From Octopus sinensis (lineage: Eukaryota), in NCBI RefSeq assembly GCF_006345805.1, contig NC_042997.1:72478001-72542000 (forward strand): DNA of 64,000 nucleotides. The letters are read 5' to 3'. Made by a program: the position numbers and the translations under genes. Shown here piece after piece: positions 13,021 to 26,984 of the stretch. The notes beneath the pieces are model-generated. The model worked only from the letters and a program-made list of their open reading frames with translations, made no database searches and had not been told where the DNA came from. Positions within the stretch are counted from its first letter, which is position 1. Every line of letters begins with the position of its first letter.

Positions 13021-13499
13021 ACTGCACCTTCCATTTTTTGTTGTTTTTGTACTGCTTAAGGGCACGTTTCTTTCCTGCTAAACTTACTATTTAAACCATG
13101 TTTGTGTTCTCCCAGTCAACAGCATTATCATTACTGGTACTTTAAACTCTTCGGTTGCATATTTGTGCGAATAAAATCGTTTTCTTTGGAATAGAAAAAG
13201 TCTATCTTTATTTCTTCTTTTGCTGGTGTCTCAAATTTAGGTTAAATCAGTGTTTCTCGAAGGGGAGGCCTATGGGACGGTCGGACAAGTTGTTTTGAGA
13301 AAATTTGGTTTAAATGTTTGACAACTCAGCATCGTCCATTGGACGATGGGCGTTTTGCTCGTTCAAAATATTAACAGAGAATTTTCCCAATGGTGTGGAA
13401 AGTTTGAGCGCAGGGAACAGCAGTAGGTTCTTAAAGGACATCTCAAAGAAAATTCGCAAAATCCCTTGGTCTCTCCAAGACCACCAAGTGGATAAATAA

Positions 13500-14830
13500 G
13501 CTGTTTTCTTTTCTCGTCTTTCTCCCAATATAGTAGCTCTGAAAGTGGGATTTGTTAATGCACGTGGACTGGGGTCGCCCTGGAACCAGGGTTGCCTTGT
13601 CAATGGCCTCAGGTTGTTAGGCAATGATGTGATAGCTATTGACAATATAACGATTTCCGATTCAATGATCTTAGCACCCATTTATTGCGATTTGGGGATC
13701 TACAGATTTCTTACTCCTCTCTGAATGCGGCGGGAGAGCTGATTTGTAAAGACTTGCGCCTCAAGACATTGTCGATCTTCCTGGATCAGAACGGTAAGCT
13801 GGTGGTCCTGAATGTGAATAGTATCAAAAGAGGTGCCTTTAGCTTAGTCACCGTTTATGCTCCGGTTGGGGTATGATTTTACAACTTCAGGCTCGTAACG
13901 CTGCTAAATGTACAGCTGAAGATTTTGGTTAAGATGTTTAGCTGAGAGATTGGCATTTGTCCTCGATATTGTGGTAAGTGAGTTACAGACATACGCTATG
14001 CCAAAAATCTATCTACGACAGCCTCAATCACACGCAATACATCATAGAAAGAGTGGGTTGAGAACCTAAGATGGATGGACTGAGATAAGTCGAAAGCTTC
14101 CGATAGAGCCAACCACCTTACTTGTCAGCTGCTCGTTTCGGTCCAGTTTTCTGAGATTGTATCCTACAATGTACAACGATATTTGTTTGGTGGTCAGAGA
14201 AAATGACCGTCTATCGGAACAATGCGTTCAGTCCGTCAAACTACTCACTTTGTATGTACTGATCTTCGATCCACCACTGCGGAAGTTAGAGGAATCGGGG
14301 AGATTATGAAAGTCAACAATAATCAATTAGCTGGTCTCTTCTGGGGAGCATTCAATCCAGAGTCTATGAATAATTTCCAGAAATATATGGCTTGGCAATG
14401 CAGTCGGGGAGGGAGACATTGCTGGTTCGGGATAAACTTACATGCATGGTAGTACCGTCAGTGGTGCCTGCCCGAGATGCACGTAGAGCGACGAAACCGC
14501 CCTGCATGCACTTATACAGTGTCCACAACAGACTTCATTCTGAAAATTGGACCACTGCCTTCAAATGGCTGGGAAGGAAGGTAGTTTACTTCATCTCGTG
14601 GGCTATGGCAAAAGTTGTGTCATAGACAAGACTGAAAAGACTGAAGATAGTACACTTACCTCTTCAGTTAAGTCATTATCGACTTTTGAAGTTCCATTTG
14701 AAAAGGAAGATGAGGGTTGAGAAGGAAGTGCTTATCCCAACAAATTTGTTAAGGTGTGTGAATGTGGTGAGGATGGCTTGAGTGGGCTTATTCTAAGCTG
14801 GCGCCTGTTGGATGGAGAGAACGTATGGGA
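13500..14830 (+). mobile_element. Degenerate L1/Tx1-like LINE (APE N-terminus and RT remnants)
   Basis: LKVGFVNARGL..DVIAI, KLVVLNV..FSLVTVYAP, SKASDRANH-like and SVRQ remnants. Confidence 0.7.
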
Positions 14831-15363
14831 GAGGGGCACCCACTTATGTGTGTGTGTGTGTGTGTGTGTGTATGTTAGTAGCTCTGAAAGGTATGCAGTT
14901 ATCTAGAAGTATATATTTCTACGTATAATATATATATACGTATGTTCTTTCTCTACATTTATTTGCAAGGTTCTTACGAAGAAGCTACTTAATAAAAAAC
15001 TGACCATCAGTAAACTTCTTTTGATAGCCTTGCAGTCTATATTTAAAACGTGGTATGAGAAAGAAGGCATAATTCACCTACCTCGCGAGTCCTTTCGTAA
15101 CGTCGATCTTTTTCAGCCGGGATATATTCGTAGGAACCCTACCCGCCTTAATATCTGGCCAATTTCCCATAACTCATGCGGCCACCACGTCCGTCCCAAG
15201 CGACAACCCTAAAACAAAAGAGGCCCACGCTAGTCATCCCCCCGTTCACATGACCTTTCTCACTTCTCTCCTTCCAGCAAGGCCGCTCGGCCGTTTGCGT
15301 GACATCACTGACCCTATACTTTCGGACCACCTCAGCCCCATATAAAGTACGTTCTATGGGGTC

Positions 15364-15840
15364 CTAGCTTTCAAGATCTTTGAAACATTTACTAGAACAG
15401 ACACGCGCTCCAATAATTATTGATTTCAAATTTTGACACAAGGTCAGTAATTTTGTGGAAAGGATTAAGTCGTTCACATCGACCCCAGGGTTCAACTGGT
15501 GCTTATTTAATCGACCAAGAGAGGATGAAAGGCAAAGTTGACCACGGTGGAATGTAAAGATGGACAAAATACTTCGCAGCATTTTCCCCGATGTTCTAAC
15601 GATTCTGCCAGCTCGCCGCCCTACGCTCTCCAATAATTATTCCTTTTGACCATCGGCACAATGCCTGAAATTGGGTGGGAGTAGTCGATTACATTTACTC
15701 CAGTGTTCAACTGGTACTTATTTTATTGTCTCCGAGAGAATGGAAGGCAAAGTCGACCACAGCGGAACTCAGAACGTAAAGGCGGACGAAATGAGGCTAA
15801 GCGTGCTAACGATTCTGCCAGCTCGTCGACCTATGCGCTT
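15364..15840 (-). mobile_element. Two tandem degenerate SINE-like copies
   Basis: 15395-15625 and 15630-15840 are mutually homologous and match the reverse complement of 11276-11420. Confidence 0.6.
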
Positions 15841-16075
15841 CAATAATTATTATTGCTAACATTTTTAATCAACATAAAAAGTTACAGGTTTCGAAGTAGC
15901 TGACCTTATATTTTTTCCTACACAGTGGTTATAGAAGAGATGTTCACATTCGCAGAGCATCTAAGTGTACATGGTCTTTCTACTTAGTCACAGCAATTTA
16001 GATACAATAACATAAAAACATGAAATATTAAATATTAAGGTTTTAAATAATGTTTCATCCATTTTATTTCTGCAG

Positions 16076-16141
16076 AATATGAGTCAAATGAGGAGATGTC
16101 TGCAGCCGAGCTGATGCGGGATATGAAACAGGAGATGGAAG
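16076..16141 (+). CDS. Exon E1 (66 nt, divergent): EYESNEEMSAAELMRDMKQEME
   Basis: tttatttctgcag|AATATGAG...ATGGAAG|gtatgaattac. Same donor and upstream AT block as the array; phase 1-1 and open. Confidence 0.7.
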
Positions 16142-17093
16142 GTATGAATTACACACACACACGCACGCACACATAGACACATACAAACACGCACTCACAC
16201 ACACATAAGATACGATGAAGAATTCTTTTCATATAAGCAATAGAAAAAGAAGTATACAAGGCATCAGAAATAAAATACAAGAAACAAGTAAAATGTGATA
16301 CACCGATGACAAAACACCATTAAATAAAACCATAAAGCATACATGCGTTCAGAATAGAACAAAACAAGCAATCGGACATTTAAATTGACCTTTACATTTC
16401 ATCAAAAATTAATCTTGCTGGCTATTGATAGTCACATTAATTAATTAATTAATTGTCCATGTTATATAGTGAAAATGTGTACTTAGGTCTATGATTACAT
16501 CTTATTAATCTTTCGGAGCATCTGTTAAGTTCTTTTCACTCAACAAAATGCATAAGGATTTCTTTGAACATAAATAGCAATTTCTAGAAAAGGGTTCGTA
16601 CGGGTATGCATTATTTGTTATGGACCAAGTAGTACTATATTTTATTCCATTGGCTTTTAGTTTCATATTAGGTCCGCTAGTGAGGTAGAATGCCCCTTAT
16701 CAACTCTGTTGAAACTGACAACATTATTGTATATATCTCTGTATCTAGCAATATTTAGTGTACATCTGTAGATATATTTAAGCGCACACGTGTATGAACA
16801 TACATACATATCTCCAGCAACCAAGAGATTACCTATGTACATACATACATACATACATACATACACAATGCATACATACATATATACATACATACATACA
16901 TACATACACACACACATATATAGTCAATTAAAAAACAAAGTAGAAGAAGAAGAAGAAGAAGAAGAAGAAGAAGAAGAGAAGAAGAAGAGAAGAAGAAGAA
17001 GAAGAAGAAGAAGAAGAAGAAGAAGAAACAAACGTGTGGTCGTAGCATAAGCAATGTATTAATGAGACGCTCGGAGAAAGAAGAGAGTTGTTG

Positions 17094-17126
17094 TTTTAGG
17101 TTTCGAGCATAGCTCTTCGTCGAAAA
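17094..17126 (-). ncRNA. Degenerate hammerhead-like motif
   Basis: Reverse complement: uuu UCGACGA a gagc uau gcuc GAAA cc UA aaac; core altered. Confidence 0.3.
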
Positions 17127-17417
17127 CAAGAAAACAGGAAAGTCCAGAGGGAAAGAAGGAAGAAAGAGAAAATCGCCAATAGCCTACCTGCGGTTACATT
17201 TTTAAAGTGACCGGAAGTAGGAGGAGAAGACAGTGCTTTCTGGGACAGGAGAGTGTGAAGATGGTCGGTATGTGTGTGTATGTATGCTAAACGCAAAACA
17301 TCAGACAGTTAGGTGATACAACAAAACATCCAGTCGGACGATACAAAAAACAAGGACGGGTCATTCGGAGTTTTCTTTCCTCAGTCGAGTTCCAGATTAT
17401 CTTTGCAACCCATCTAA

Positions 17418-17465
<48 letters not shown>

Positions 17466-18231
17466 CATACATACATACATACATACATACATGCATACAT
17501 GATGGCTGCCCCCTCATTATCGAGTATGGCCGTTGCACGAAGCTCAACTGTTATTGGTGCTGTGATCGAATGTGACTTTTATTTGCTTTTTAAGGCTACA
17601 GCCAGCCATTCAGTTGAGACTCACAGCACTATCAACAATCATGAACAATGTTATCGTGCAATGCCTGTGCAAGAAGATTTTTTTTAAAGTGAGGAAAGGC
17701 TGTGCACTGAATCAATCCCACTCACTAAGCAACAGCAGCCATAATCCGAAAAGAAAAACAAGTCGACATCATCGGTAACCACTGAGCCGCAGGTTTTATG
17801 TCGGAGTTATCTCAGTTACCTGAGTTACCTTCTCCTAGAAGGATGCCCTAACAAAGGCTAGGAGTTCTTCACTTCCAATGGTTTAACTGCGCGATCGGAT
17901 ATTCAGTCCGATTATTTCTATGTCCCCGCGTATGATACAGCCTTACGCCATAAAAAAAATTACACTTTTATTGGATGGCCGTTGACTCTCAAGAGTTCCT
18001 CCGCCCTCTGATGGGTTTTGTTGTTCGTCCCACAGGGTGTCCAATAAACACTCTTCTCACCAAGCAAGCTTGGTGGTGTTGCCGGTTTAGTCGCCGACAG
18101 GCCGACCATGCAACAGGTTGTCGTGGGTTACATGTTACCAGTAACATACATACATACATACATACATACCATACATACATACATACATACATACATACAT
18201 ACATGCATACATACATACATACATACTTACA

Positions 18232-18935
18232 TACAGGGTGCGTGGGGTAAACCTTTAAACTTATAATTTCGCGCATGCTTATTATTTGTTTTTGATTTTG
18301 CCGACTACACATTTTAGTAGGGTCAGTTGGGCACTGTCTGCGAGAAAAACAGTACCATGACACAATACCCTCTGCCAGAAATTTGGTAAAAAACATGCTA
18401 TACTGCTTGGCATTCACGCCGGAAGCTCCAATATGAACAAATGGTGAACACACAGAGCTACCGTTGGCTTGCTGTGTCCCCAAAACATGTAACGAGATTG
18501 ATAAATATCAAACATTCAGTCAACATCATGGTATTTAGAGTGATCGCTAGTGATGGCGACGTTATGGCTCCATTCATCTTCCCACACGGCCTCATACTCG
18601 ACACGGAGGACTACATCAAGTGCCTGGAGGAAGTAGTGCAACCCTGGGTCAAGGGTGTGGCTGCTGGAAGACCATATGTTTGATAACAGGACACGGCACC
18701 ATTCCACATAAGCAGGAGAACTCAATCATGGCTGTCAAACAATTTCTAACATCTGGCTACCTAATTCCCAGACTGCAACCCCGTTGATTATTATGTGTGA
18801 GACGCAGTTGAACGAGACCAACAAAACTCCTTGAAATACCAAAGATGAACTTAAAGCAAAGATTATGGCAGCATTCACCAACTTAAACGAGAGGACCGTC
18901 CAGAAGTGTTGCAGGAGATTCCGAAGTCGGCGCTT
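18232..18935 (+). mobile_element. Tc1/mariner-family transposase remnant
   Basis: Starts TA|CAGGGTG; encodes IMVFRVIASDGDVMAPFIFPHG...AGRPYV..QD..P; second copy at 25370-25730. Confidence 0.8.
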
Positions 18936-19435
18936 CGATGCTTGAAATTTTTATAGAGAATTCATTTCTCGTCAGTAGTTTCTATTCGGTCCAAAAAAGG
19001 TTCATTCGTGAAACGGGAGAGCAAAGAAGAGCATACGTTCACTCTCTGCGCGCGATTAGACTCGAAAAGTTTGTGAGAAGCCCACTGACCAATTTGCTGA
19101 TTTTTCCGATGGCACGCAGGTGTCGATAAATGGTTGAATGATCAAATCCAAGCTTCTCTGCCAGTTCCTCAACTGTTACGATGGTATTTTATTTGCAGGG
19201 TTTGCAGGACGTCCTCGTCGAGCACTACATATCTTTCAGGATGAGACACATCTTCTAGGCTGTAGTTTCCGATTCGGAATTTCTGGAACTACCATTGACA
19301 CTGGCTTACACTTATTGTTCGATCCCCATAAACTGGATTAATATTCCTCGCATTTTCCGTTGCGTTGTTGCCTTTATTGAACTCATAGAGCAAATTATGC
19401 CGAATGTATTCCTTTGTCACTTTCGAAAGAAGTCC
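18936..19435 (-). mobile_element. Mariner (Mos1/Hsmar-like) transposase 5' remnant
   Basis: KEYIRHNLLYEFNKGNNATENARNINPVYG HTH domain. Confidence 0.8.
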
Positions 19436-19436
19436 G

Positions 19437-19481
<45 letters not shown>

Positions 19482-19489
19482 TGTCTCTC

Positions 19490-19542
<53 letters not shown>

Positions 19543-19545
19543 CAT

Positions 19546-19576
<31 letters not shown>

Positions 19577-20618
19577 CATACACACACACACACACATATA
19601 TATATATGCATTTGTGTGTCTGTGGTTGTCCCCTCACCATTGCTTGACAACCGATGTTGGCGTGTTTACGAGTTATACATGCACACACAAAACATGTGCA
19701 TACATACAGAGACACTGAGACACACACATTCGTAAACTCATACAGAGAACCATACCATGTGTGTGTGTCTATATGCTTATATATGCATGTGTACTTACTA
19801 CATACATAAAAACCTACATAGAAACAAATTGCATTCGTAAAATTTATGCTACAAGATCACATTTTTAAGAAGAATCGTAACTTTTCAAAACTGTTACTGA
19901 AGCATTCACATATCCAAATGTAGTTGTAATTATTTGTAATATGTACTTTTAATCAAGATAAAGAGCCTGCAGTTTTCGAAGTATATACAAACACACACAC
20001 ATGCGCATGCACACAAGCGCACACACACAGATACACACACAGACGGTAGGGTCGGGGTGAAAGTTCAGAAGAACTTATAAAGTCAAAGATAAATAAAGCA
20101 ATAAACATTATGAAGCTAGGCTACCAAGGGGCGAAGGGGTAAGTGTAATAAAATGGAGTAGGGAGAACAAAGCTAAATAGATAAGTATCGGTCTTGGGTG
20201 GTCAGAAAGAGCTTCGCTATTGTTGTTTACCAACCATTAATGAGAGCTAAAATGCTAGAAATAGATGCCCAACAGTAAGGAGGATTTAAAATTTTAGGAT
20301 TAATAATTAAGAACAATATTTATAGATTAATGTGGGTACAGTATATAAAAAACACATATATTGAAGGAAAAGGTACCAATAAGATAAAAAGATACAAAGT
20401 TAACTTAAAAATAAAGGATAGGGGATACGAGTAAATCAATAAATAATGAAAAATTTAAAGATTTAAAATAACCAATCAAGGCCTAAAATTCGAGTGACAA
20501 TTAGAACTAAGAATAAAATAAGGTGAGGTAAAATAAAGGAAATGGAATCTTCTTCTTCTTCTTCTTCTTCTTCTTCTTCTTCTTCTTCTTCTTCTTCTTC
20601 TTCTTCTTCTTCATACAC

Positions 20619-20712
<94 letters not shown>

Positions 20713-21480
20713 ACATATATATATATATGTGTGCATGTGTGTGTGTGTGCGTGCACACACACACACACGCACACACATATACACATATACATGCGAATAT
20801 ATAGCCAAGCGCACATTCATGTAAGTTTACAATTTAATGAAAGTTCCAGATCCAACACAGGCAAGGTTCCACGTTTGGTGTTGGCATAAAATAACACAAA
20901 TGGGTTAAAGGTTCACTACAGCTATTCCAAACGCATTTTTTATTGTTGAATAGTTCAATTATGTAATGGAAAGACCATTTTCCTCACGTGATTAAAAATT
21001 TGGCTCAGAGAAAAAATACCACAAGATGTGTATTGACCTTCTCAGTTATGCATCAATGAAGAGAGTGAAAACACACCGAGTGTTAGCAACCTTTAACCGA
21101 CGAAGATTTCAGAGGTCAATGGGCTGTAAAACAATAATCAGATATTGCTACAACTAATCTATTTCTTTAAACAGGGCTGTATAGATAGCTCAGGATAAAT
21201 AGATGAGAGGAAGACAGAGATGAAAAATAGGAGGAGAATGAAGGGCGGATGGAGTAAGAGTTAACAGCGTAGTATTGTCAAATCGGATGTTCTAACGACA
21301 GAATTACTACAACTACCCAGAATCCATCGAAATGAGAACGTACATGATAGTATATACTTACATACAATTATATGAGCCACTGTTGTATGCATTTATACAC
21401 CATACACATTTACACACAGACACATATCTACATGTATACATGTATGCACGTACATGTACACATACACACCCTCACTCCCA

Positions 21481-21511
<31 letters not shown>

Positions 21512-21706
21512 GCACGTACGCACGAATGCACACATATCCTACATATATTTATAGGAAAATTATGTCTTAAAACGAATTGAAAATTAAAAAAAAATCAAAT
21601 CTACTCTAATTTCATACCTGTATCAAGAATTCTAAAAGTATAAAACACTTTAAATATTTAATATTAACATTTTATACAAATGGCTTCTTCCTTTTTATTT
21701 CTCTAG

Positions 21707-21784
21707 GGTTCAAGGGGAATATGATATCAGATGAGCTTGAGACTGAGGCTGAGAAAACAGAGAATTTAGAGCTGGAGACACCAG
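21707..21784 (+). CDS. Exon E2 (78 nt): GFKGNMISDELETEAEKTENLELETP
   Basis: tttctctag|GGTTC...GAGACACCAG|gtatga. Confidence 0.8.
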
Positions 21785-22078
21785 GTATGAACTAAAAACA
21801 GACACACATACATACGTATGCATTTATGTATATATTATATATATATCATTAATAAAAGTTAGGGAATATACTAATTTCAAGCCAACAGGGAAAAAATTCC
21901 ATTTAGCACACTAAATCAAAGATACACAATATATTATACATATATAGAATTTAGAGGCAAACTGCTATTTAGTTATTCAATCAATACTGAAACGATATTA
22001 TCTATAATAACCACATAGAAATTAATTGAATAGATTATAATAATTATTCTAAAAATCACAAAACAAATCAAACATTAT

Positions 22079-22157
22079 ATTGACTACGCGCGTTTCATGA
22101 CTAAATATATAAATCGATAATTCTATTTGAAAATATATAGCCACTCTTCAGGTAAAA
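22079..22157 (-). ncRNA. Type I hammerhead ribozyme motif (canonical core)
   Basis: Reverse complement: uuuuac CUGAAGA guggcua...uagucau GAAA c gcgc g UA gucaau. Confidence 0.7.
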
Positions 22158-22544
22158 AAATAACATAAGATAAATGAAGATATTTTAATTAAACAATAAA
22201 GATATAAATATATGTATGTCAACAGTAAATAATCTAATAAAATTTTACAATATTAATGTAAAGTAAATACATAACTTATTGAGGAAAACCAGTTAAATGA
22301 AATTTTAAACTTTAAACTATCAATCTAGCGTTGTAAAAAAATCTATCTCGTTAAACGTGACGTAAGCAATAAATATACAATAAACATAAAGATATATGTA
22401 TTTAACGATAAAAATATAAATAAAAATAAACAAATAAACGTGACATAATATACCATTTACGGGGAAATAATTCTAAATTCTCAATGATTTAAAACTACAT
22501 TATATGTAAAAAATATATATAATAAACTAAATACTCTTTACTCT

Positions 22545-22942
22545 TTTACTCTTTTACTTGTTTCAGTCATTTGACTGCGGCCATGCTGGAGCACCGCCTT
22601 TAGTCGAGCAAATCGACCCCGGGACTTATTCTTTGTAAGCCCAGTACTTATTCTATCGGTCTCTTTTGCCGAACCGCTACGTGACGGGGACGTAAACACA
22701 CCAGCATCGGTTGTCAAGCAATGCTAGGGGGACAAACACAGACACACAAACATATACACACACACTTATATATATATACATATATACGACAGGCTTCTTT
22801 CAGTTTCCGTCTACCAAATCCACTCACAAGGCATTGGTCGGCCCGGGGCTATAGCAGAAGACACTTGCCCAAGATGCCACGCAGTGGGACTGAACCCGGA
22901 ACCATGTGGTTGGTTAGCAAGCTACTTACTACACAGCCACTC
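22545..22942 (-). mobile_element. tRNA-derived SINE (octopus-type) with an (AAGAGTA)n tail, inserted in the PLE
   Basis: Reverse complement begins gagtggctgtgtagtaagtagcttgctaacc..ggttccgggttcagtccc (A/B-box-like), with an internal CA/TA tract. Confidence 0.85.
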
Positions 22943-25369
22943 AATATATATTCTTCAATTTATTTTATTAATCCCTTGGTTTAATCTTATTCTAGTTATG
23001 TTCATACATTACATAACCTACAACTAATTTATACTTATTATACTGCTACATAATGTAACTACATAAATTAATAACATAAATCAGGGTATATATATTCACA
23101 AATTATTTAAACTTACTATATAAATAATTCGACCTATGTCTACATTTAATTTTCCTCTCATCTTGGTAATTAATCAGTTGTTTTTTAAATAGTAAAATCT
23201 CTATAAATTCCTTTGTACACAGTAAACAAAAATTATTACCCATTCGATAGGATTTAGCATTACAAATTATCTCCCATTTTAAATTATACTTAATTCCTTT
23301 AGATTTTAATTCCCATATATATTTGCTGAAGCCAGTAGAATTAATCAATGTTTCATTCTTAAATGAGTGCATATGTTGAGCCACCCTTAATTTAATTTTA
23401 TTTGACGTCGACTCCACGTAAATCGCGTTTATATTATAACTATTCCTATTAATATTATCCTCTATCAGAGTCACTACACATTTATATACTACATCAACCA
23501 AGTTACATTTATTTTAAAATTTACATTTCGTAATATCTCTACATGTACAATTAATTAAATTCTGGTCATATGTATTGTTGGAATTAGTATGTAATTTTTT
23601 AATATAAAATTATTCAGCTTAAAACTATTAAAAGATGAAATAATGTTACCAGCATTATTGGTAGTAGAATAACCAACTCCAAAATTATTACTAGAAAAAT
23701 GTTATTATATTTTTTATTATCTACAATGAATAATTCAATTAGTTCTAATATATCTTTAATAATGTTTGTTCAAATTTGAGCCCCATAAGGAATAATTAAC
23801 TAAATTTTGTTCTTATTGTTAACATTACTTTTATTAATTATATTATTGTATTTCTTATTATCATTAACCACATTAAATTTATTCTTATCTTTTACTCTTT
23901 TATTATATTTATTTTTTGTATTATCATAATACCTATTATGAAAACCATAATTAACTGAACAAAACTTATCATAATTCTTAATATTAGGTTTATTATTATA
24001 AATATCATAAGAATCATTTATATTATTATTTTTTATATTATTATTAACTCTACAATTATTAAGGAATTTAATACTTTTATTATATCCCACCTCCCTCAAG
24101 GTTTCATTATAATAAGGTGCGTGTTTTTGGAAAATCTCAAAATTAGAAGAAAGGGCCGAAATTCTTTTTCCTATATTATCTATCAACGATTTTTTAATTG
24201 AGGGTAGGTGATTACTATTGGCATTTATATATCTAAGGTTTTCATTAATTTTATGGAATGGTTGGGTTTTCCCTGTTATTGAATTAAAATTAAAATCTAA
24301 ATAATTAACACCATACTTCTCTTTATCTATAATAATACCTAATCCATATCTTTAAAAAAAGTTTCCTCTTATATATTTCTAGTGTTCTTATATATTTCTA
24401 GTGTTCTATTAGTTATTAATAAAAGGTCATCCCTATATAATCCACCCTCCAGATTTAATTTTTCTAATTGAAGTTCTGATAATAAGTAAATACCTACTAA
24501 ATCAGTCACCTGGGCAGAATAGGGTGCCCCAAAGGTGTATCAAAATAATCTCTAGTATCCTTCCTAGCTCACAATTTATTTTTATATCTAATCAACGATT
24601 TTCTAGCCGCTTTAACTGCCTTAACTTCATCATAAGTCATTCCAACCTTATTTATTGCATAAATTAGGGCCTTATTGAGTACTATCTCATTTATAGAAGA
24701 ATAATAATTATCTATATCTATTTGAATGAATTTATATTTATTTTTATCTTTAGTATTATTAAACCATTTTAAAGTATCATTAGTACCACTCCAAAGTTTT
24801 AGATAGTTAAGTTCATTTACTCTATTAATATAATTATCTAAAATGATCTGACTTAACTTACCTAGATCTGTTTTACATGGACAAATAAGTCTAACTTTTG
24901 GGTGAGAATAAAAATTATTTTTGTGGTCTTTTAAAGTAATTCTAGGGTGCATAGGTACATAAGGTTCAGTTTTATTGTCTAACTTATATTTCATCATGAT
25001 TAATTTAGAGACTTTATTTATATTATTAAGAGTATTTTCAGGAACAATTTTATATTTTTTATTTATTTCTTTTTCCAATAAACTATCATATAATTTAACA
25101 TCCAGTTTATACATGTTCCTAGTTTTATCTGATTGTACTATAATTCGGTCCATGCTTCTCATTTCTTTTATTTTTATAGATAAATTTCATCCGCTGACAA
25201 ATGTTTCATTGACCAAGTACTGTTATTTGGATTTCTTTAGGTGGTGAGAAATAGAATGCGGGTCTCCACGTGTTGCTATTGTATTAGTAGCCTTGTCATC
25301 TTCCTTTAGAAATATGGCACTCTGGGTGGTGGTTGTTGTTTGCTAGTCTTAATTTTATGCAGATCAATC

Positions 25370-25730
25370 TAGGATCAGATGGTGAACACACAGAACTACC
25401 GTTGGCTTACTGTGTCCCTAAAACATGTACCGAGAGTGATAAAAATCAAGCATCCAATGATATCATGATGTTTGGAGTGATTACTAGTGATGACGACGTT
25501 ATGACTCCATCTTCCCACATGGCCTCACACTCAACATGGAGGCCTACATCAAGTATCTGGAGGAGGTAGTGCTGCCATGAGTCAAGAGGGTGGCTGCTGG
25601 AAGACCATATGTCTGGCAACAGAACTCTGAACCATGCCACACAAGCAGGAGAACTTAGTCATGGCTGTCAGACAACTTCTGCGACCACATCACCCCTAAC
25701 ATCTGGCCCCATAACTCCCCAGACTGATTC
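25370..25730 (+). mobile_element. Tc1/mariner transposase fragment (same family as 18232-18935)
   Basis: IMMFGVITSDDDVM...YIKYLEEVVLP..AAGRPYVWQQNS..CHT...IWPHNSPD. Confidence 0.8.
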
Positions 25731-26742
25731 TGTAAACTACGAAACAAATGGTAGTCTGAAGGATCAAAGTCGGGAGAATAAGTTGCATGTGGAATTTTTC
25801 CCAACCAAGCTCTTCGATCTTCTGTGATATGATCTCTGCAGTGTGGGGTCGCATATTGTCCTGATGAAACATCACTCCTTTTCGATTCACTAAAGTGGGT
25901 CTTTTTTTCTTCAAAGCTTGGTTCAAACGCTCTAATTGCTGACAGTAGATTTGAGCATTGATTGTTGCATTAGGAGGTAGCAATTCAAAGTGAATTACTC
26001 CTTGCAATCCCACCAGATAGAGAGAAGAACCTTTTTCCCATGACGTTCCCTTCTCGGTTGTGGTTGAGCTTTTCCCTTTAACCAAGACACTGTTTACGAC
26101 GTTTACTATTTCGATAGAAGATCCATTTTTCGTCACCAGTCATAAGTCTATCCAAAATGGGTGAAATGAGTTCACGAGAATGGAGAGAAGAGCAGATGTC
26201 AACTCGGGATTTGCGGTTGCTTTCATACAATTCATGAGGCACCTATTTCCCAAGTTTAGGAACCTTTTCAAGTTGTTGAAGATGTCGATGAGCAGTTGTA
26301 TGGTTTGAACTAAGCTTTATTGCCAATTCTTCAACTGCAGGACTTTCTTCAAGTAATGCCTCAAGGAGCTTATCATCAAACTCAACTGGACGTCCTGTTC
26401 GATTTTCATCTTCAAGGATGAAATCTCCACTTCTGAATTTTGCAAACCATCTTCTGCAAGTTCTTTCATTCACGCATTATTTCCCATAAACTGAGTGTAT
26501 GTTTCGAGTTGCTTCATCTGCAGAGTTTCCTTTTTTGTACTCATAAAGTATTAAGTGCCTCAAATGCTCTTTGGATACTTTTATTTTAATTCTATTATTC
26601 TGTAAAATAATATTTAATAAGTTTAAATGTACACAAATGCATAAAAGTAATTTTTAATTCAATTAGAATTCTAAAATACTATTAAATTTCATTCAGTTGT
26701 AAAAAAAGTAAAATCGGACAGAGCTTATGGGGTGACCTGATA
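25726..26742 (-). mobile_element. Mariner element with one TIR and frameshifted transposase
   Basis: ORFs 26243-26473 and 25696-26136 (VMFHQDN.RPH); TIR at 26705-26742. Confidence 0.85.
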
Positions 26743-26859
26743 TATATTATATATATATATATATATATCAGGCACCCCATAAGCTCTGTCCAATTTTACC
26801 TTTTATATATATATATATATATATATATCAGGCACCCCATAAGCTCTGTCCAATTTTAC

Positions 26860-26942
<83 letters not shown>

Positions 26943-26984
26943 GTATGTATGTATATATATATATAAGGTAAAGTAAATGTCTGC

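Larger units (their letters stand above)
21900..25250 (-). mobile_element. Penelope-like element (RT + GIY-YIG), AT-rich and disrupted, with a 3' hammerhead
   Basis: ORFs 24569-25162 (DKTRNMY, ITLKDHK..PKVRLICP, FIQIDIDNYYSSI), 23800-24186 and 23103-23501 (VVYKCVV..IYVEST..KLRVAQH). Confidence 0.88.

Noticed and set aside
15278-15352. TATAAA (15341) with TGACATCA (15300) as promoter, or a 69-nt exon 15278-15346
   Set aside because: SINE remnants follow immediately and no ATG exon was found. The candidate exon has a TAA in phase 1, so it cannot join the array in frame. Unsupported without transcript data.
23800-24186. Asn/Lys-rich ORF as a host low-complexity protein
   Set aside because: It lies between the Penelope RT and GIY-YIG domains on the same strand, so it is the element's linker.
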